The position numbers were made by a program, and so were the translations under genes. Below the pieces are notes generated by a model. It was not told the DNA's origin. It was given only the letters and a program-made list of their open reading frames with translations, and did not search any database. Positions 15,829 through 26,120 of a stretch of 64,000 nt of DNA are shown in pieces; the stretch's first letter is position 1, and each line of letters opens with the position of its first letter. The stretch is from Flavobacteriales bacterium CG_4_10_14_0_2_um_filter_35_18 (GTDB taxonomy: Bacteria; Bacteroidota; Bacteroidia; Flavobacteriales; Flavobacteriaceae), in NCBI GenBank assembly GCA_002793215.1, contig PFPU01000107.1:2018-66017 (forward strand), given 5' to 3'.

Positions 15829-16887
15829 ATGAAAAATATTACCACAATTCTATTGAGCATTTTTGTTCTTTACAGTATGCAATCTAATGCGCAAAATCGC
15901 AATTTTGAAGAACGCGTAAAAATTTTAAAGCAGCGTATTGAAAATATTTCTTTTGAAGAGCGTAGCCACCTAAAAGAACTTATTAAAGATATCAACTATC
16001 GTTTAGAACTAGAAGCTATTTCAAAAGATTCTGCGCAAGTTTTAAAACAAAAAGCAGCCGAAGAATCAGCACAAAATATTAAAATTCGCATTGCCGAAAT
16101 AGAACAGCAATTGCGCGATTTAATACAAAATAAAGTTGATGAGGCTATTTTTAAAGAAGAAACCAGCCACAGATTTAGGTTTGCTGGTTTAGATATTGAT
16201 TATTCTGAAAATTATCATCACAAACATCGCTATTATAATGATAACAGAAGAACCCAATCACAAACCATATTAGCCGTGGGAACAAGTAATCTTATAACAG
16301 ACGGAAATTTAAATTCATTAGAAAACTCGGATTTTGATTTTTGGAAGTCCCATTTTTTTGAAATTGGCTCAAATTCTAAAACACGCATGTTTAAAAATAG
16401 CGGATTATTTTATATAAATTATGGATTATCATTAACATACAATGTGCTAAGTCCAAAAAGGAATCAGTTTTTTGTCGCAAATAATACCGCCACTTTATTG
16501 CAAACAAACCTCGAAAATTTAGACAAATCTAAGTTTAAAACGGTTCAATTGGTTGTTCCCCTCTTTTTTGAAACCGATTTTAGTCGTTCAAAACTTAACG
16601 AAGATCGTATATATTATAGGCCTAATACAGGATTCAAAATGGGATTTGGCGGATTTTTTGGGCTTAATATCAAAACCAAACAAATTTTAAAATACCAAAT
16701 GGATGATATTAAAGTAAAAGACATTAAAAAAGGCGACTTCAATGTGAATAATTTTCTATACGGCTTAAATGGTTTTGTCGGTTACCGCGACACAAGCCTC
16801 TTTTTTAGATACCATTTAAATAATCTGTTTAAAGACAATCTTATAGAACAAAAAAATATTGAATTCGGACTGCGATTTGAATTGTAA
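15829..16887 (+). CDS. Secreted protein with N-terminal coiled coil and C-terminal beta-barrel-like region (hypothetical OMP)
   Basis: 352 aa with a signal peptide (…SMQSNAQ). A heptad-like charged helix spans roughly residues 25-105. This is followed by alternating hydrophobic strands ending in IEFGLRFEL. Confidence 0.5.
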   Translation: MKNITTILLSIFVLYSMQSNAQNRNFEERVKILKQRIENISFEERSHLKELIKDINYRLELEAISKDSAQVLKQKAAEESAQNIKIRIAEIEQQLRDLIQNKVDEAIFKEETSHRFRFAGLDIDYSENYHHKHRYYNDNRRTQSQTILAVGTSNLITDGNLNSLENSDFDFWKSHFFEIGSNSKTRMFKNSGLFYINYGLSLTYNVLSPKRNQFFVANNTATLLQTNLENLDKSKFKTVQLVVPLFFETDFSRSKLNEDRIYYRPNTGFKMGFGGFFGLNIKTKQILKYQMDDIKVKDIKKGDFNVNNFLYGLNGFVGYRDTSLFFRYHLNNLFKDNLIEQKNIEFGLRFEL

Positions 16888-16914
16888 CTAATTTAAAACT
16901 TATCACTACTTTTG
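16882..16914 (+). promoter_or_regulatory. Candidate Bacteroidota promoter for rnpB (TTG-N22-TACTTTTG)
   Basis: TTG at 16882-16884 and TACTTTTG at 16907-16914, ending a few nt before the P1 stem of RNase P RNA. Confidence 0.45.
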
Positions 16915-16917
16915 CAC

Positions 16918-17231
16918 AGCAGGTCGCCTTATCGTTCCGATTCGTCGGGAAGGAAAGTCCGGACACCACAGAGTAGCGTAATGGGTAACGCCCATCCGGC
17001 GAAAGCCGAGGACCAGTGCAACAGAAAGCAAGTACAGTTAGGCTGTAGTGAAACCAGGTAAACTCTACGCGGTGCAATGTTACGTATATTGGAACACTGA
17101 TTAATTTCAGATAAGGGTACTCGCCCGATTCCAAGGGGTAAACAGCTCAAGTTAAGCATAAATGTTTAACTCAGATAAATGATAAGGCATTTTCTAGTTG
17201 AAAATGACAGAATCCGGCTTATAGACCTGCT
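16918..17231 (+). ncRNA. rnpB: RNase P RNA, bacterial type A
   Basis: The P1 stem pairs AGCAGGTC (16918-16925) with GACCTGCT (17224-17231). The conserved P4 strands are GGAAGGAAAGTCCGGACACC and ACAGAATCCGGCTTATAG. The internal motif CAGTGCAACAGAAAGCAAG is also present. Confidence 0.9.
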
Positions 17232-17422
17232 TTTTTATTTTAAGAAATTCTTAAAAATAGCCCTTTTTAGATGTTTCAAATTCAAAGATATTTAATTTCA
17301 GTTGTATTGATTTCTAATATTCTTAACAACTAAACAAATTGGATAAATATCCTTAAAAAAAGCTTCAAATTTTGTAAATTCGCCAAAAAAATAAGTCTAA
17401 ACTTTTTTTAAAACTTTATATT

Positions 17423-19687
17423 ATGGCTTTTGATATTGAAATGATAAAAGGTGTTTATGCCAGGATGACTGAACGCGTTGACGCCGCAAAAAACAAGGTT
17501 AAAAAACCTTTAACACTAGCTGAAAAGATATTATACAATCACTTATGGGATGGAATTGCTAAAACTGCTTATAAACGTGGTGTTGATTATGTCGATTTTG
17601 CTCCCGACCGCATTGCTTGTCAAGATGCCACTGCTCAAATGGCTTTATTGCAATTTATGCAAGCCGGAAAAGATAAGGTTGCAGTTCCTACAACCGTTCA
17701 TTGCGATCACTTAATTCAGGCGCGATTGGGTGCTGATAAAGATTTGCAAAACGCCATTAACAACAGTAGTGAAGTCTTTAACTTCCTCGGTTCAGTATCA
17801 AATAAATACGGCATTGGTTTTTGGAAACCCGGCGCAGGAATTATACACCAAGTAGTTCTTGAAAATTACGCCTTTCCGGGAGGAATGATGATTGGAACCG
17901 ATTCGCATACCGTTAATGCAGGCGGTTTAGGGATGATTGCCATTGGTGTTGGAGGCGCTGATGCCGTTGATGTTATGGCAGGAATGGCGTGGGAATTGAA
18001 ATTTCCAAAATTAATTGGCGTTAAATTAATTGGTAAACTCTCAGGTTGGACCGCACCAAAAGATGTCATTTTAAAAGTTGCCGGAATTTTAACTACTAAA
18101 GGCGGTACCGGCGCAATTGTTGAATATTTTGGAGAGGGAGCCAAATCAATCTCCGCTACCGGTAAAGGAACCATTTGCAATATGGGTGCTGAAATTGGCG
18201 CTACCACTTCAACATTTGGTTACGATAAATCAATTGAACGTTATTTAAGAGCTACAAACCGCCATGAAGTTGCCGATGAAGCCAATAAAATTGCCTCTTA
18301 TTTAACTGGTGATGACGAAGTTTATGCCAATCCAAACTTGTATTTTGACGAAGTTATTGAAATTAATTTATCCGATTTAAAACCACATTTAAACGGACCT
18401 TTTACACCAGATTTAGCCACCGAAGTAGGCACAATGACCGAAAAGGCAACTAAAAATGGCTGGCCTTTAAAAGTAGATTGGGGTTTAATTGGATCTTGCA
18501 CCAATTCCTCTTATGAAGATTTATCAAGAGCCGCTTCTATTGCTAAACAAGCAGTTGAAAATAAAATTGAAGCCAAAGCTGAATTTGGTATAAATCCAGG
18601 TTCTGAGCAAGTGCGCTACACTGCTAATCGCGATGGGTTATTAGGCATTTTTGAAGAATTAAATGCAAAGATTTTTACTAATGCTTGTGGACCTTGTATT
18701 GGTCAATGGGCGAGAGAAGACTCCGAAAAACAAGAAAAAAATACCATTGTTCATTCGTTCAACAGAAACTTTTCAAAAAGAGCTGACGGAAATCCAAATA
18801 CCCATGCTTTTGTGGCTTCACCTGAGATGGTTGCAGCTATTGCTATTTCTGGTCGTTTAGATTTTAATCCGTTGACCGATAAACTCATCAATAAGGAAGG
18901 AAAAGCAATTTTATTGAAAGAACCTACTGGATTTGAATTGCCTCCTAAAGGTTTTGACGTTAAAGATCCTGGCTTTGTTGCTCCTTTTGCAGATGGTTCT
19001 GGCGTTAAAATTGTTGTTAAAGAAGATTCCGAACGCTTGCAATTATTGACACCCTTTAAACCCATTTCTAAGGACTTAAAAGGCGCCATATTATTGATAA
19101 AAGCTAAAGGAAAATGCACAACCGACCATATTTCAATGGCAGGTCCTTGGTTGCGCTTTCGCGGACATTTGGACAACATTTCTAATAATATGCTAATCGG
19201 CGCAGTTAACGCTTTTGGAGGTGCAACCAATAAGGTTAAAAATCAGTTGACAGGTGAATTTGGTAGTGTTCCCGATACCGCCAGAGCTTATAAAGCAGCA
19301 GGCATTTATTCAATAATAGTGGGGGATCAAAATTACGGAGAAGGTTCTTCACGCGAACATGCCGCAATGGAACCACGTCATTTGGGGGCTGCGGCGGTTA
19401 TTGTTAAATCATTTGCACGTATTCACGAAACAAACCTTAAAAAACAAGGTATGTTAGGTTTAACTTTTGCAAATGAAGCCGATTATGATTTAATTCAGGA
19501 AGATGACCGTTTTAACTTCTTAGATTTAAATCAATTTGCACCCGGTAAACAATTAACTTTAGAGCTGGTTCACAAAGATGGTTCAAAAAATACCATTAAG
19601 TTAAATCACACTTATAATGCCGGTCAAATTGAATGGTTTAATGAAGGTTCAGCCTTGAATTTAATAAAAAGGGAAAATGCGCGATAA
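17423..19687 (+). CDS. acnA: Aconitate hydratase (754-aa, mitochondrial-type as found in Bacteroidota)
   Basis: Aconitase motifs [35 protein letters not shown] and the swivel domain [15 protein letters not shown]. Confidence 0.9.
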   Translation: MAFDIEMIKGVYARMTERVDAAKNKVKKPLTLAEKILYNHLWDGIAKTAYKRGVDYVDFAPDRIACQDATAQMALLQFMQAGKDKVAVPTTVHCDHLIQARLGADKDLQNAINNSSEVFNFLGSVSNKYGIGFWKPGAGIIHQVVLENYAFPGGMMIGTDSHTVNAGGLGMIAIGVGGADAVDVMAGMAWELKFPKLIGVKLIGKLSGWTAPKDVILKVAGILTTKGGTGAIVEYFGEGAKSISATGKGTICNMGAEIGATTSTFGYDKSIERYLRATNRHEVADEANKIASYLTGDDEVYANPNLYFDEVIEINLSDLKPHLNGPFTPDLATEVGTMTEKATKNGWPLKVDWGLIGSCTNSSYEDLSRAASIAKQAVENKIEAKAEFGINPGSEQVRYTANRDGLLGIFEELNAKIFTNACGPCIGQWAREDSEKQEKNTIVHSFNRNFSKRADGNPNTHAFVASPEMVAAIAISGRLDFNPLTDKLINKEGKAILLKEPTGFELPPKGFDVKDPGFVAPFADGSGVKIVVKEDSERLQLLTPFKPISKDLKGAILLIKAKGKCTTDHISMAGPWLRFRGHLDNISNNMLIGAVNAFGGATNKVKNQLTGEFGSVPDTARAYKAAGIYSIIVGDQNYGEGSSREHAAMEPRHLGAAAVIVKSFARIHETNLKKQGMLGLTFANEADYDLIQEDDRFNFLDLNQFAPGKQLTLELVHKDGSKNTIKLNHTYNAGQIEWFNEGSALNLIKRENAR

Positions 19688-19713
19688 GCGTTAATAATTA
19701 TTATATTTGTAAA

Positions 19714-19741
19714 AGAGGCGTCATTTGACGTCTCTTTTTTT
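19714..19741 (+). terminator. Rho-independent terminator after acnA
   Basis: AGAGGCGTCA-tt-TGACGTCTCT (one G-T pair) followed by T8. Confidence 0.7.
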
Positions 19742-19932
19742 ATCTAAAAAATAAAAAAATCGGTTTCGTAAATAAAATAAGTGTATTGTCAATTTTTTTG
19801 TAAATTTTCACTCTAAATGCTTTATAATTGTAGGCTGACTAAAATGTCAGTATAATAGCAATAAAATTTAGACTGTTAGAGGCTAAAAACAATTAATGAA
19901 TTTTAATTTTTATAGGAATTTATTTTTACAAT

Positions 19933-19966
19933 TTGAGATAAAGTTTGTGTTAAATAATTAATTTTG
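19933..19966 (+). promoter_or_regulatory. Candidate promoter for the alpha-glucan cluster (TTG-N23-TAATTTTG)
   Basis: TTG at 19933-19935 and TAATTTTG at 19959-19966, 12 nt before the ATG. It lies within a ~30-nt motif repeated upstream of glgC. Confidence 0.3.
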
Positions 19967-19977
19967 AATACATTTAA

Positions 19978-21192
19978 ATGAAAGCACTTTTTTATACACG
20001 AGAATTTCCACCTTACGTTTATGGCGGAGCAGGGGTTCATGTTGAATATTTAGCAACTGAATTAGCTAAACTCATGGAAGTTGAAGTACGTTGCTTTGGT
20101 GACCAAAATCAACAATCAAAACAACTTAGTGTTAAAGGTTTTCCTTTTGAAAACCCTGATTTTGACCATTCAAATGCAAAATTAAAAGCAGTTTTACAAA
20201 CATTAAGCACCTGTATTCAAATGAACGCAGCAAACATAGATGCTGATATTGTGCATTGTCACACGTGGTATGCACAGTTTGCGGGTATTGTAACAAAATT
20301 GTGTTATGGCATTCCTCTCGTAATTACAACCCATTCTTTAGAGCCTTTGCGCCCATGGAAAAGAGAACAATTGGGACGTGGTTATGAGGCTTCTTCTTGG
20401 ATAGAAAAAACCGCGATTGAAATGGCTGATGCCGTTATTGCTGTATCTAACGAAACAAAAGCAGATGTTTTAAAATATTTTGATGTTGATAAAAACAAAG
20501 TAAAAGTCATTTATAACGGAATTAATCTTAAGGAATATGTACTTACGAGCGAAACTTCAACACTTGATGAATATGGTATTGATAAATCAAAACCGTATGT
20601 GCTTTTTGTTGGAAGAATTACCAGACAAAAAGGCATTATATACCTTGTAAATGCTATTAAATATATAAATGCTGAAACCCAAATTGTGTTGTGTGCCGGT
20701 GCACCCGATACACCCGAAATTGCTAAAGAAATGGAATCTAGTATTCTGGAGATAAAAAAAGGCCGTAAAAATGTCATTTGGATTGAAAAAATGTTGCAGA
20801 AAAAAGAAGTCATTCAATTGTATTCGCATGCCGATGTGTTTTGTTGCCCCTCAATTTACGAACCTTTCGGAATCATAAATATTGAAGCTATGGCTTGCCA
20901 AACAGCAGTAGTAGCGAGTGCTGTAGGTGGTATTAAAGAAGTGGTTGTAAATGGTGAAACTGGAATATTAGTCCCTTTAGAACAACAAACTACCGCACCT
21001 TTTGAACCCGTAAACCCCGATAAATTTTCAAGAGATTTGGCAGCCGGCATCAATAAATTGATAAAAGACAAATCATTAAGAGAAACAATGGCAAAAAATG
21101 GCAGAAAACGCGTTGAAGAAACTTTTGATTGGATAGCCATTGCCAAACAAGTAGCAGATTTATATCAATCTTTATTAAATGAAAAAAAATAG
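19978..21192 (+). CDS. glgM: GT4 glycogen synthase of the Corynebacterium/Mycobacterium type (GlgM-like alpha-maltose-1-phosphate synthase)
   Basis: 404 aa. The blocks REFPPYVYGGAGVHVEYL, HSLEPLRPWKREQLGRGYEASSWIEKTAIEMADAVIAVS, FVGRITRQKG, LCAGAPDTPEIA and EPFGIINIEAMAC match my recollection of M. tuberculosis GlgM (Rv1212c) closely. Confidence 0.75.
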   Translation: MKALFYTREFPPYVYGGAGVHVEYLATELAKLMEVEVRCFGDQNQQSKQLSVKGFPFENPDFDHSNAKLKAVLQTLSTCIQMNAANIDADIVHCHTWYAQFAGIVTKLCYGIPLVITTHSLEPLRPWKREQLGRGYEASSWIEKTAIEMADAVIAVSNETKADVLKYFDVDKNKVKVIYNGINLKEYVLTSETSTLDEYGIDKSKPYVLFVGRITRQKGIIYLVNAIKYINAETQIVLCAGAPDTPEIAKEMESSILEIKKGRKNVIWIEKMLQKKEVIQLYSHADVFCCPSIYEPFGIINIEAMACQTAVVASAVGGIKEVVVNGETGILVPLEQQTTAPFEPVNPDKFSRDLAAGINKLIKDKSLRETMAKNGRKRVEETFDWIAIAKQVADLYQSLLNEKK

Positions 21193-21204
21193 AATTGCTG
21201 TAGT

Positions 21205-21238
21205 TGTTAAATAATTAATTTTTAGATACATTAAAAAC
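21205..21238 (+). promoter_or_regulatory. Second copy of the AT-rich motif TGTTAAATAATTAATTTT..ATACATT, upstream of glgC
   Basis: 18/18 identity with 19948-19965, plus a conserved ATACATT block after a 1-nt indel. Confidence 0.4.
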
Positions 21239-21265
21239 AAATAAGTAAATATAAATTCTTAAAAT

Positions 21266-22531
21266 ATGGTAGATACAGATAACGTTTTAGCAATTATATT
21301 AGGTGGTGGTCAAGGGTCAAGGTTGCATCCACTAACCGAATCGCGTTCAAAACCTGCCGTTCCCATCGCAGGAAAATATAGGTTGGTAGATATACCGATT
21401 TCAAATTGTATCAATTCGGGCATCAAACGCATGTTTGTGCTGACGCAATTTAATTCAGCTTCGTTAAACAAGCATATTAAAAACACCTATCATTTTAGTT
21501 TTTTTAGCTCTGCTTTTGTAGATGTATTAGCCGCCGAACAAACACCTGGAAATAATACCTGGTTTCAAGGTACAGCCGATGCAGTACGCCAAAGTATGCA
21601 CCATTTTAAGAGTCATGATTTTGAATACGCGCTAATTTTATCGGGCGACCAATTGTATCAAATGGATTTTAACGACATGCTTCAAGCGCATATTAAAAGT
21701 AAAGCCAAAATATCAATTGCCACCATTCCGGTTAATGCAAAAGACGCCACTTCGTTTGGCATTTTAAAATCGGATAAGAAAAATTTTATTTCCTCCTTTA
21801 TTGAAAAACCTGCAGCTGAATTATTGCCCGATTGGATTTCGGATGTGAGTAATGAAATGAAGGCTGAAGGTAGAAATTACTTAGCCTCAATGGGGATTTA
21901 TATTTTTAACAGAGCCCTGCTTATTGAATTAATGAATAATCCAAAAACAAACGATTTCGGTAAAGAAATTATCCCTCAAGCCATTGAAAACAATCCCGTT
22001 TTAAGCTACCAGTTTGAAGGTTACTGGACTGATATTGGAAATATTGATTCCTTTTTTGAAGCCAATCTCGGCTTGACCGATGACTTTCCAAAATTTGACT
22101 TATACAGCACTGCCCGACGTATTTATTCGCATGCCAGAATGTTGCCAACTACCAAAATTTCGGGAACAATCTTAGATAAAACCGTGATTGCCGATGGCTG
22201 CATTATCAATGCTGGAAAAATTGAACATTCGGTTATTGGTGTGCGTTCTCGAATTGATAAAGAATCGACTGTGATTAACACTTATATGATGGGAGCCGAT
22301 TATTATCAGCCGCTCGAAGAAATTCTAGACCCAGCCATTGTTTCAATGGGAATTGGCTCTCGTTGTTTTATTAAAAACGCCATTTTAGATAAGAACTGTT
22401 GCATTGGCGATGATGTTCGAATTATTGGAGGTTCTCATTTATTGGATACAGAAACCGATAAATATGTGGTGAGAAATGGTATTGTTGTGATTAAAAAGGA
22501 AGCTGTTATTCCAAATGGAATGGTAATTTAA
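21266..22531 (+). CDS. glgC: Glucose-1-phosphate adenylyltransferase
   Basis: 421 aa with LGGGQGSRLHPLTESRSKPAVPIAGKYRLVDIPISNCINSGI, FQGTADAV and a C-terminal left-handed beta-helix region. Confidence 0.9.
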   Translation: MVDTDNVLAIILGGGQGSRLHPLTESRSKPAVPIAGKYRLVDIPISNCINSGIKRMFVLTQFNSASLNKHIKNTYHFSFFSSAFVDVLAAEQTPGNNTWFQGTADAVRQSMHHFKSHDFEYALILSGDQLYQMDFNDMLQAHIKSKAKISIATIPVNAKDATSFGILKSDKKNFISSFIEKPAAELLPDWISDVSNEMKAEGRNYLASMGIYIFNRALLIELMNNPKTNDFGKEIIPQAIENNPVLSYQFEGYWTDIGNIDSFFEANLGLTDDFPKFDLYSTARRIYSHARMLPTTKISGTILDKTVIADGCIINAGKIEHSVIGVRSRIDKESTVINTYMMGADYYQPLEEILDPAIVSMGIGSRCFIKNAILDKNCCIGDDVRIIGGSHLLDTETDKYVVRNGIVVIKKEAVIPNGMVI

Positions 22532-22543
22532 TAGACTATTTTT

Positions 22544-24481
22544 ATGCAAAATCAAAGGCGTGTAGTTATTGAAAACGTTTATCCTCAAATAAATAACGGT
22601 GAATTTTATATTAAAAGAGTGCTCGGTGAAACCGTAAGCGTTACCGCCGATATTTTAGCAGATGGTCATGAGGCCATTGCCGCCTCACTGTTAATAAAAC
22701 ATCAAAACGAAAAAAAGTGGTCAGAATTTAGGATGAATTCATTAGGAAATGAGTTTTGGCAAGCCACTTTTAAAGTAGAAAAACAAGGCTTTTACACTTA
22801 TAAAATTCAGGCTTGGGTTGACTATGCGCTCAATTGGCAACACGGTATCAAACTAAAAATAGAAAACAAGCAACACGTCAGCTCCGAATTACTTGAAGGA
22901 GTTAGTCTTTTAGAGAAATGTATTAAACTTGCCAGCGCTACTGACAAAACCTATTTAAGAACCCTTCAAACTATTTTTGGCGACGAAAATAAGTATAAAT
23001 TAGCTATTATTGAGGCAACTAGCGAAAAGCTATACCAGCAATTTCTAAAATATCCCGAAAAGTTTTTGGCTAATACTTCTAAAGAATATCGCGTATATGT
23101 TGATCGTTTAAAGGCGCGCTTTAGCACTTGGTATGAATTTTTTCCAAGGTCAGCTTCACAACAAAATGGCGTTCATGGAACTTTTAAAGATTGTGAAGCA
23201 TTGTTGCCACGCATTGTTGAAATGGGTTTTGACACCTTATATTTTCCACCCATTCATCCCATTGGTGAAGTGAACAGAAAAGGAAAAAATAACACCACAA
23301 CAAGTCGGCCAGATGATGTTGGGTCGTGTTGGGGAATTGGTTCACAATATGGTGGACATAAAGCAATTAATCCAAAATTAGGAACTTTATCCGATTTTAA
23401 ATCATTAATTATCAAAGCAAAATCATTGGGAATTGAACTTGCAATGGATTATGCTTTGCAAGCCGCTCCCGATCATCCTTGGGTTAAAACACATCCAAAA
23501 TGGTTTAAGTGGAGACCAGATGGAACGGTTCAATATGCCGAAAACCCTCCTAAAAAATACCAAGATATTCTGCCTATTTACTTTGAAACAGATGATTTTA
23601 AAGCGCTTTGGCAAGAATGTTTAGAGACGTTGTTTTTTTGGATTGAATGTGGCATCCAAATCTTTAGAGTCGATAATCCACACACAAAACCATTTTATTT
23701 TTGGAATTGGATTATCGATCAAGTGAAACAAAAATATCCCGATGTTTTGTTTCTTGCCGAGGCATTTACCGGCCCAAAGGTGATGCAACAATTAGCGAAA
23801 CAGGGTTTTACCCAATCATATACTTATTTTACTTGGCGCGAAAATAAATATGAATTGACAAATTATGTAGAGGAATTGTCAAAAACAAATCTGCGCGAGT
23901 ATTTTCACCCTAATTTTTGGACTAACACACCCGATATCAATCCGTTTCATTTGCAAGGCGCTAATGAATCAACTTATAAAATCCGCTATGTGCTAGCTGC
24001 CACTTTGAGTTCAAATACCGGAATTTATGGTCCCGTTTTCGAACAGATGATTAGCGAAGGAATTCCTGGTAAAGAAGAGTATTTGAATTCTGAAAAATTC
24101 CAAATTTGTAACTACAACTGGTTTAAAAAGAATGAATTAATAAACTTTATTTCAAAAGTTAATAAAATAAGAATTAACCATAAAGCCTTACAGCAAACCA
24201 ATAATATCAAATTCTGTATTATCGAAAACAATAATTTAATGGCTTTTTATAAATGGGATGAGGACAAATTAGATGAAGTTTTAATAGTAATCAATTTAAA
24301 TCCCAACGATACCCAACAAGCCATGCTTCAAATTCCCTTAAATGAATTAGGAATCACCAACGGTCAACAAATTGAAGTTACTGATTTGTTGACCAATAAT
24401 ACTTATTATTGGGATAAGGAATGGAATTTTGTTGAGCTAAAACCAAGTTTACCTTGCCATATATTTACAATAAAAAAATAG
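22544..24481 (+). CDS. glgE: Alpha-1,4-glucan:maltose-1-phosphate maltosyltransferase
   Basis: 645 aa. The N-terminal domain (VVIENVYPQINNGEFYIKR) is followed by a GH13 core with FRVDNPHTKPFYFW and LFLAEAFT motifs typical of GlgE. Confidence 0.85.
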   Translation: MQNQRRVVIENVYPQINNGEFYIKRVLGETVSVTADILADGHEAIAASLLIKHQNEKKWSEFRMNSLGNEFWQATFKVEKQGFYTYKIQAWVDYALNWQHGIKLKIENKQHVSSELLEGVSLLEKCIKLASATDKTYLRTLQTIFGDENKYKLAIIEATSEKLYQQFLKYPEKFLANTSKEYRVYVDRLKARFSTWYEFFPRSASQQNGVHGTFKDCEALLPRIVEMGFDTLYFPPIHPIGEVNRKGKNNTTTSRPDDVGSCWGIGSQYGGHKAINPKLGTLSDFKSLIIKAKSLGIELAMDYALQAAPDHPWVKTHPKWFKWRPDGTVQYAENPPKKYQDILPIYFETDDFKALWQECLETLFFWIECGIQIFRVDNPHTKPFYFWNWIIDQVKQKYPDVLFLAEAFTGPKVMQQLAKQGFTQSYTYFTWRENKYELTNYVEELSKTNLREYFHPNFWTNTPDINPFHLQGANESTYKIRYVLAATLSSNTGIYGPVFEQMISEGIPGKEEYLNSEKFQICNYNWFKKNELINFISKVNKIRINHKALQQTNNIKFCIIENNNLMAFYKWDEDKLDEVLIVINLNPNDTQQAMLQIPLNELGITNGQQIEVTDLLTNNTYYWDKEWNFVELKPSLPCHIFTIKK

Positions 24482-24484
24482 ATT

Positions 24485-26116
24485 ATGAGTAAAAAAGACT
24501 TGAAAACCACTTTGTTACAGCCCCTCTATAATTTTGAAGATTCTTGGGAGGAATTGCTTAATAACAAGGCATTTGTAAAGGCTTTTTTGTCGGATGTTTT
24601 AGAGGATTATATCGTAAAACAGCGCTGGTATGCTGGCAAGTCGAGCAAATTAAAATACATTGAACTTTCAGAATACTTTAAAATCCAGAATGAGGGCGAA
24701 GTCTACTATGGACTTATTTTAGAACTTGATTTTGTGGAAGCCTTTTATCAACATTATTTCTTGCCAATTGCCTTTGTATCAGATGAAAACTTTGCCAATA
24801 ACGATAGAATTTTATCCATTAGTATTAAAGGTCAAAAAGGATTTATCATTGATGCCATTAATTTAGAATCTTTTAGAAAATTGGTATTTGAGCGCATATT
24901 AAATGCCGAGCCTAACGATAAAACACGCGTTCAATATCACAAAAGCGTCAAATTTATAAACATTAATTATGAGTCTTCGCGCTATATGGGACTTGAGCAA
25001 AGCAATACCTCAATTGTTTATAATGAAAAATATGTGTTGAAGTTTTTTAGACGCATTTATGCCGATAAAAATCCCGATTATGAAATGAGTCGCTTTTTGT
25101 CAGAGAAAAAAGACTTTAAAAACACACCCTCTTTTTTGGGAAGCATCAACATTGTTGATGCCGATAATAGTCATATTAGCATTGCATTGCTACAAGAAAT
25201 GATTCAAAATCAAGGCGATGCGTGGGATTATATGCTAACTGAATTTCATCAAGTATTTTTAAATATTGATACTAAACGCATCAAAATTGACAGCCTACCC
25301 ATAGTTGAATTATACAAAAGCATTTCAATAAGCCAAGTACCGCCTCAAATTATTGATTGGGTAGGACTCAATTTATTTTTAAAAACCCAAATTTTAGCCC
25401 TTAGAACGGCCGAAATGCATATTACACTTGGTTCTGAATTCGAAGAAACGGCATTTACACCCGCACGCTTTAACGACGATTATGCCGTTTGGCTTAAAAA
25501 CCGCATGCTATACCAATTTCAAAACAGATTGAATGCTATTGAAAATAGCTTGGCAAAACTTAGCGGATTGGCGTTAGAATTGGCAAAGGAATTTTTAGAT
25601 AAAAAAAGTATTATCCGTAAACGCTTCGAAAATTTTGATTGGACAAAGCTTAAAGGTGAACGCATTAGGGTTCACGGTGATTATCATTTAGGACAAATTT
25701 TAGTTAAAAACGAAGATTTTTATATTTTAGATTTTGAAGGAGAACCCGAAAGCACTATAAGAGATCGAAAAGTAAAACAACCACCTTTAAAAGATGTTGC
25801 GGGTTTATTTAGGTCTTATCATTATGCCATTTACGCCACAATTTTTAATAATATAGACCATTATCACCAACCTCAAGAAGCGCTTTTTAAGGCTGCTGAA
25901 TTGTTATACAGTTATTTAACAGGTGTTTTTCTTGAATCTTACCTTTTAAAAATACAAAAAGCTAATTTGAATATCGGCTATGACCAAGAACGGTTATTTA
26001 TTTTAAAATACTGTTTGCTAGAAAAGGCCGTTTATGAACTCGGTTACGAATTAAATTCACGCCCAAACTGGGCACTCATTCCTTTAAAAGGAATCTCAAA
26101 TATTATAAATTATTAA
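24485..26116 (+). CDS. mak: Maltokinase (Mak/Pep2 family)
   Basis: 543 aa with the kinase catalytic block RVHGDYHLGQILVKNEDFYILDFEGEP and the N-terminal cap motif QRWYAGKS. Confidence 0.75.
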   Translation: MSKKDLKTTLLQPLYNFEDSWEELLNNKAFVKAFLSDVLEDYIVKQRWYAGKSSKLKYIELSEYFKIQNEGEVYYGLILELDFVEAFYQHYFLPIAFVSDENFANNDRILSISIKGQKGFIIDAINLESFRKLVFERILNAEPNDKTRVQYHKSVKFININYESSRYMGLEQSNTSIVYNEKYVLKFFRRIYADKNPDYEMSRFLSEKKDFKNTPSFLGSINIVDADNSHISIALLQEMIQNQGDAWDYMLTEFHQVFLNIDTKRIKIDSLPIVELYKSISISQVPPQIIDWVGLNLFLKTQILALRTAEMHITLGSEFEETAFTPARFNDDYAVWLKNRMLYQFQNRLNAIENSLAKLSGLALELAKEFLDKKSIIRKRFENFDWTKLKGERIRVHGDYHLGQILVKNEDFYILDFEGEPESTIRDRKVKQPPLKDVAGLFRSYHYAIYATIFNNIDHYHQPQEALFKAAELLYSYLTGVFLESYLLKIQKANLNIGYDQERLFILKYCLLEKAVYELGYELNSRPNWALIPLKGISNIINY

Positions 26117-26120
26117 AAAT

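Noticed and set aside
16841-17159. Track ORFs 16841..17134 (-) and 16929..17159 (-)
   Set aside because: They lie antisense within the RNase P RNA gene, which explains the open frames in the locally GC-richer structured RNA. No protein features are present.
17232-17422. Small ORFs or a riboswitch in the spacers upstream of acnA, the glg cluster and the ECF sigma gene
   Set aside because: Only trivial 10-27 codon Lys/Ile-rich ORFs are present, with no hydrophobic or conserved character. I could not recognise any conserved riboswitch core sequence (SAM, TPP, cobalamin, Mn yybP-ykoY type).
18751-19230. 159-aa antisense ORF inside acnA. Similar antisense or out-of-frame ORFs occur inside other genes (for example 2454..2889, 5532..6036, 7127..7678, 7988..8425, 13067..13450, 17866..18207, 20511..21146, 42506..42850, 56849..57148 and 57429..57731).
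   Set aside because: All are fully embedded in strongly supported genes on the opposite strand or in another frame. They have Ser/Leu/Pro-rich low-complexity translations typical of shadow ORFs.
19702-19709. TATATTTG match to the Bacteroidota -7 promoter consensus
   Set aside because: It lies between the acnA stop codon and its terminator hairpin, so a transcript starting there would terminate immediately. This is probably a chance match in AT-rich DNA.
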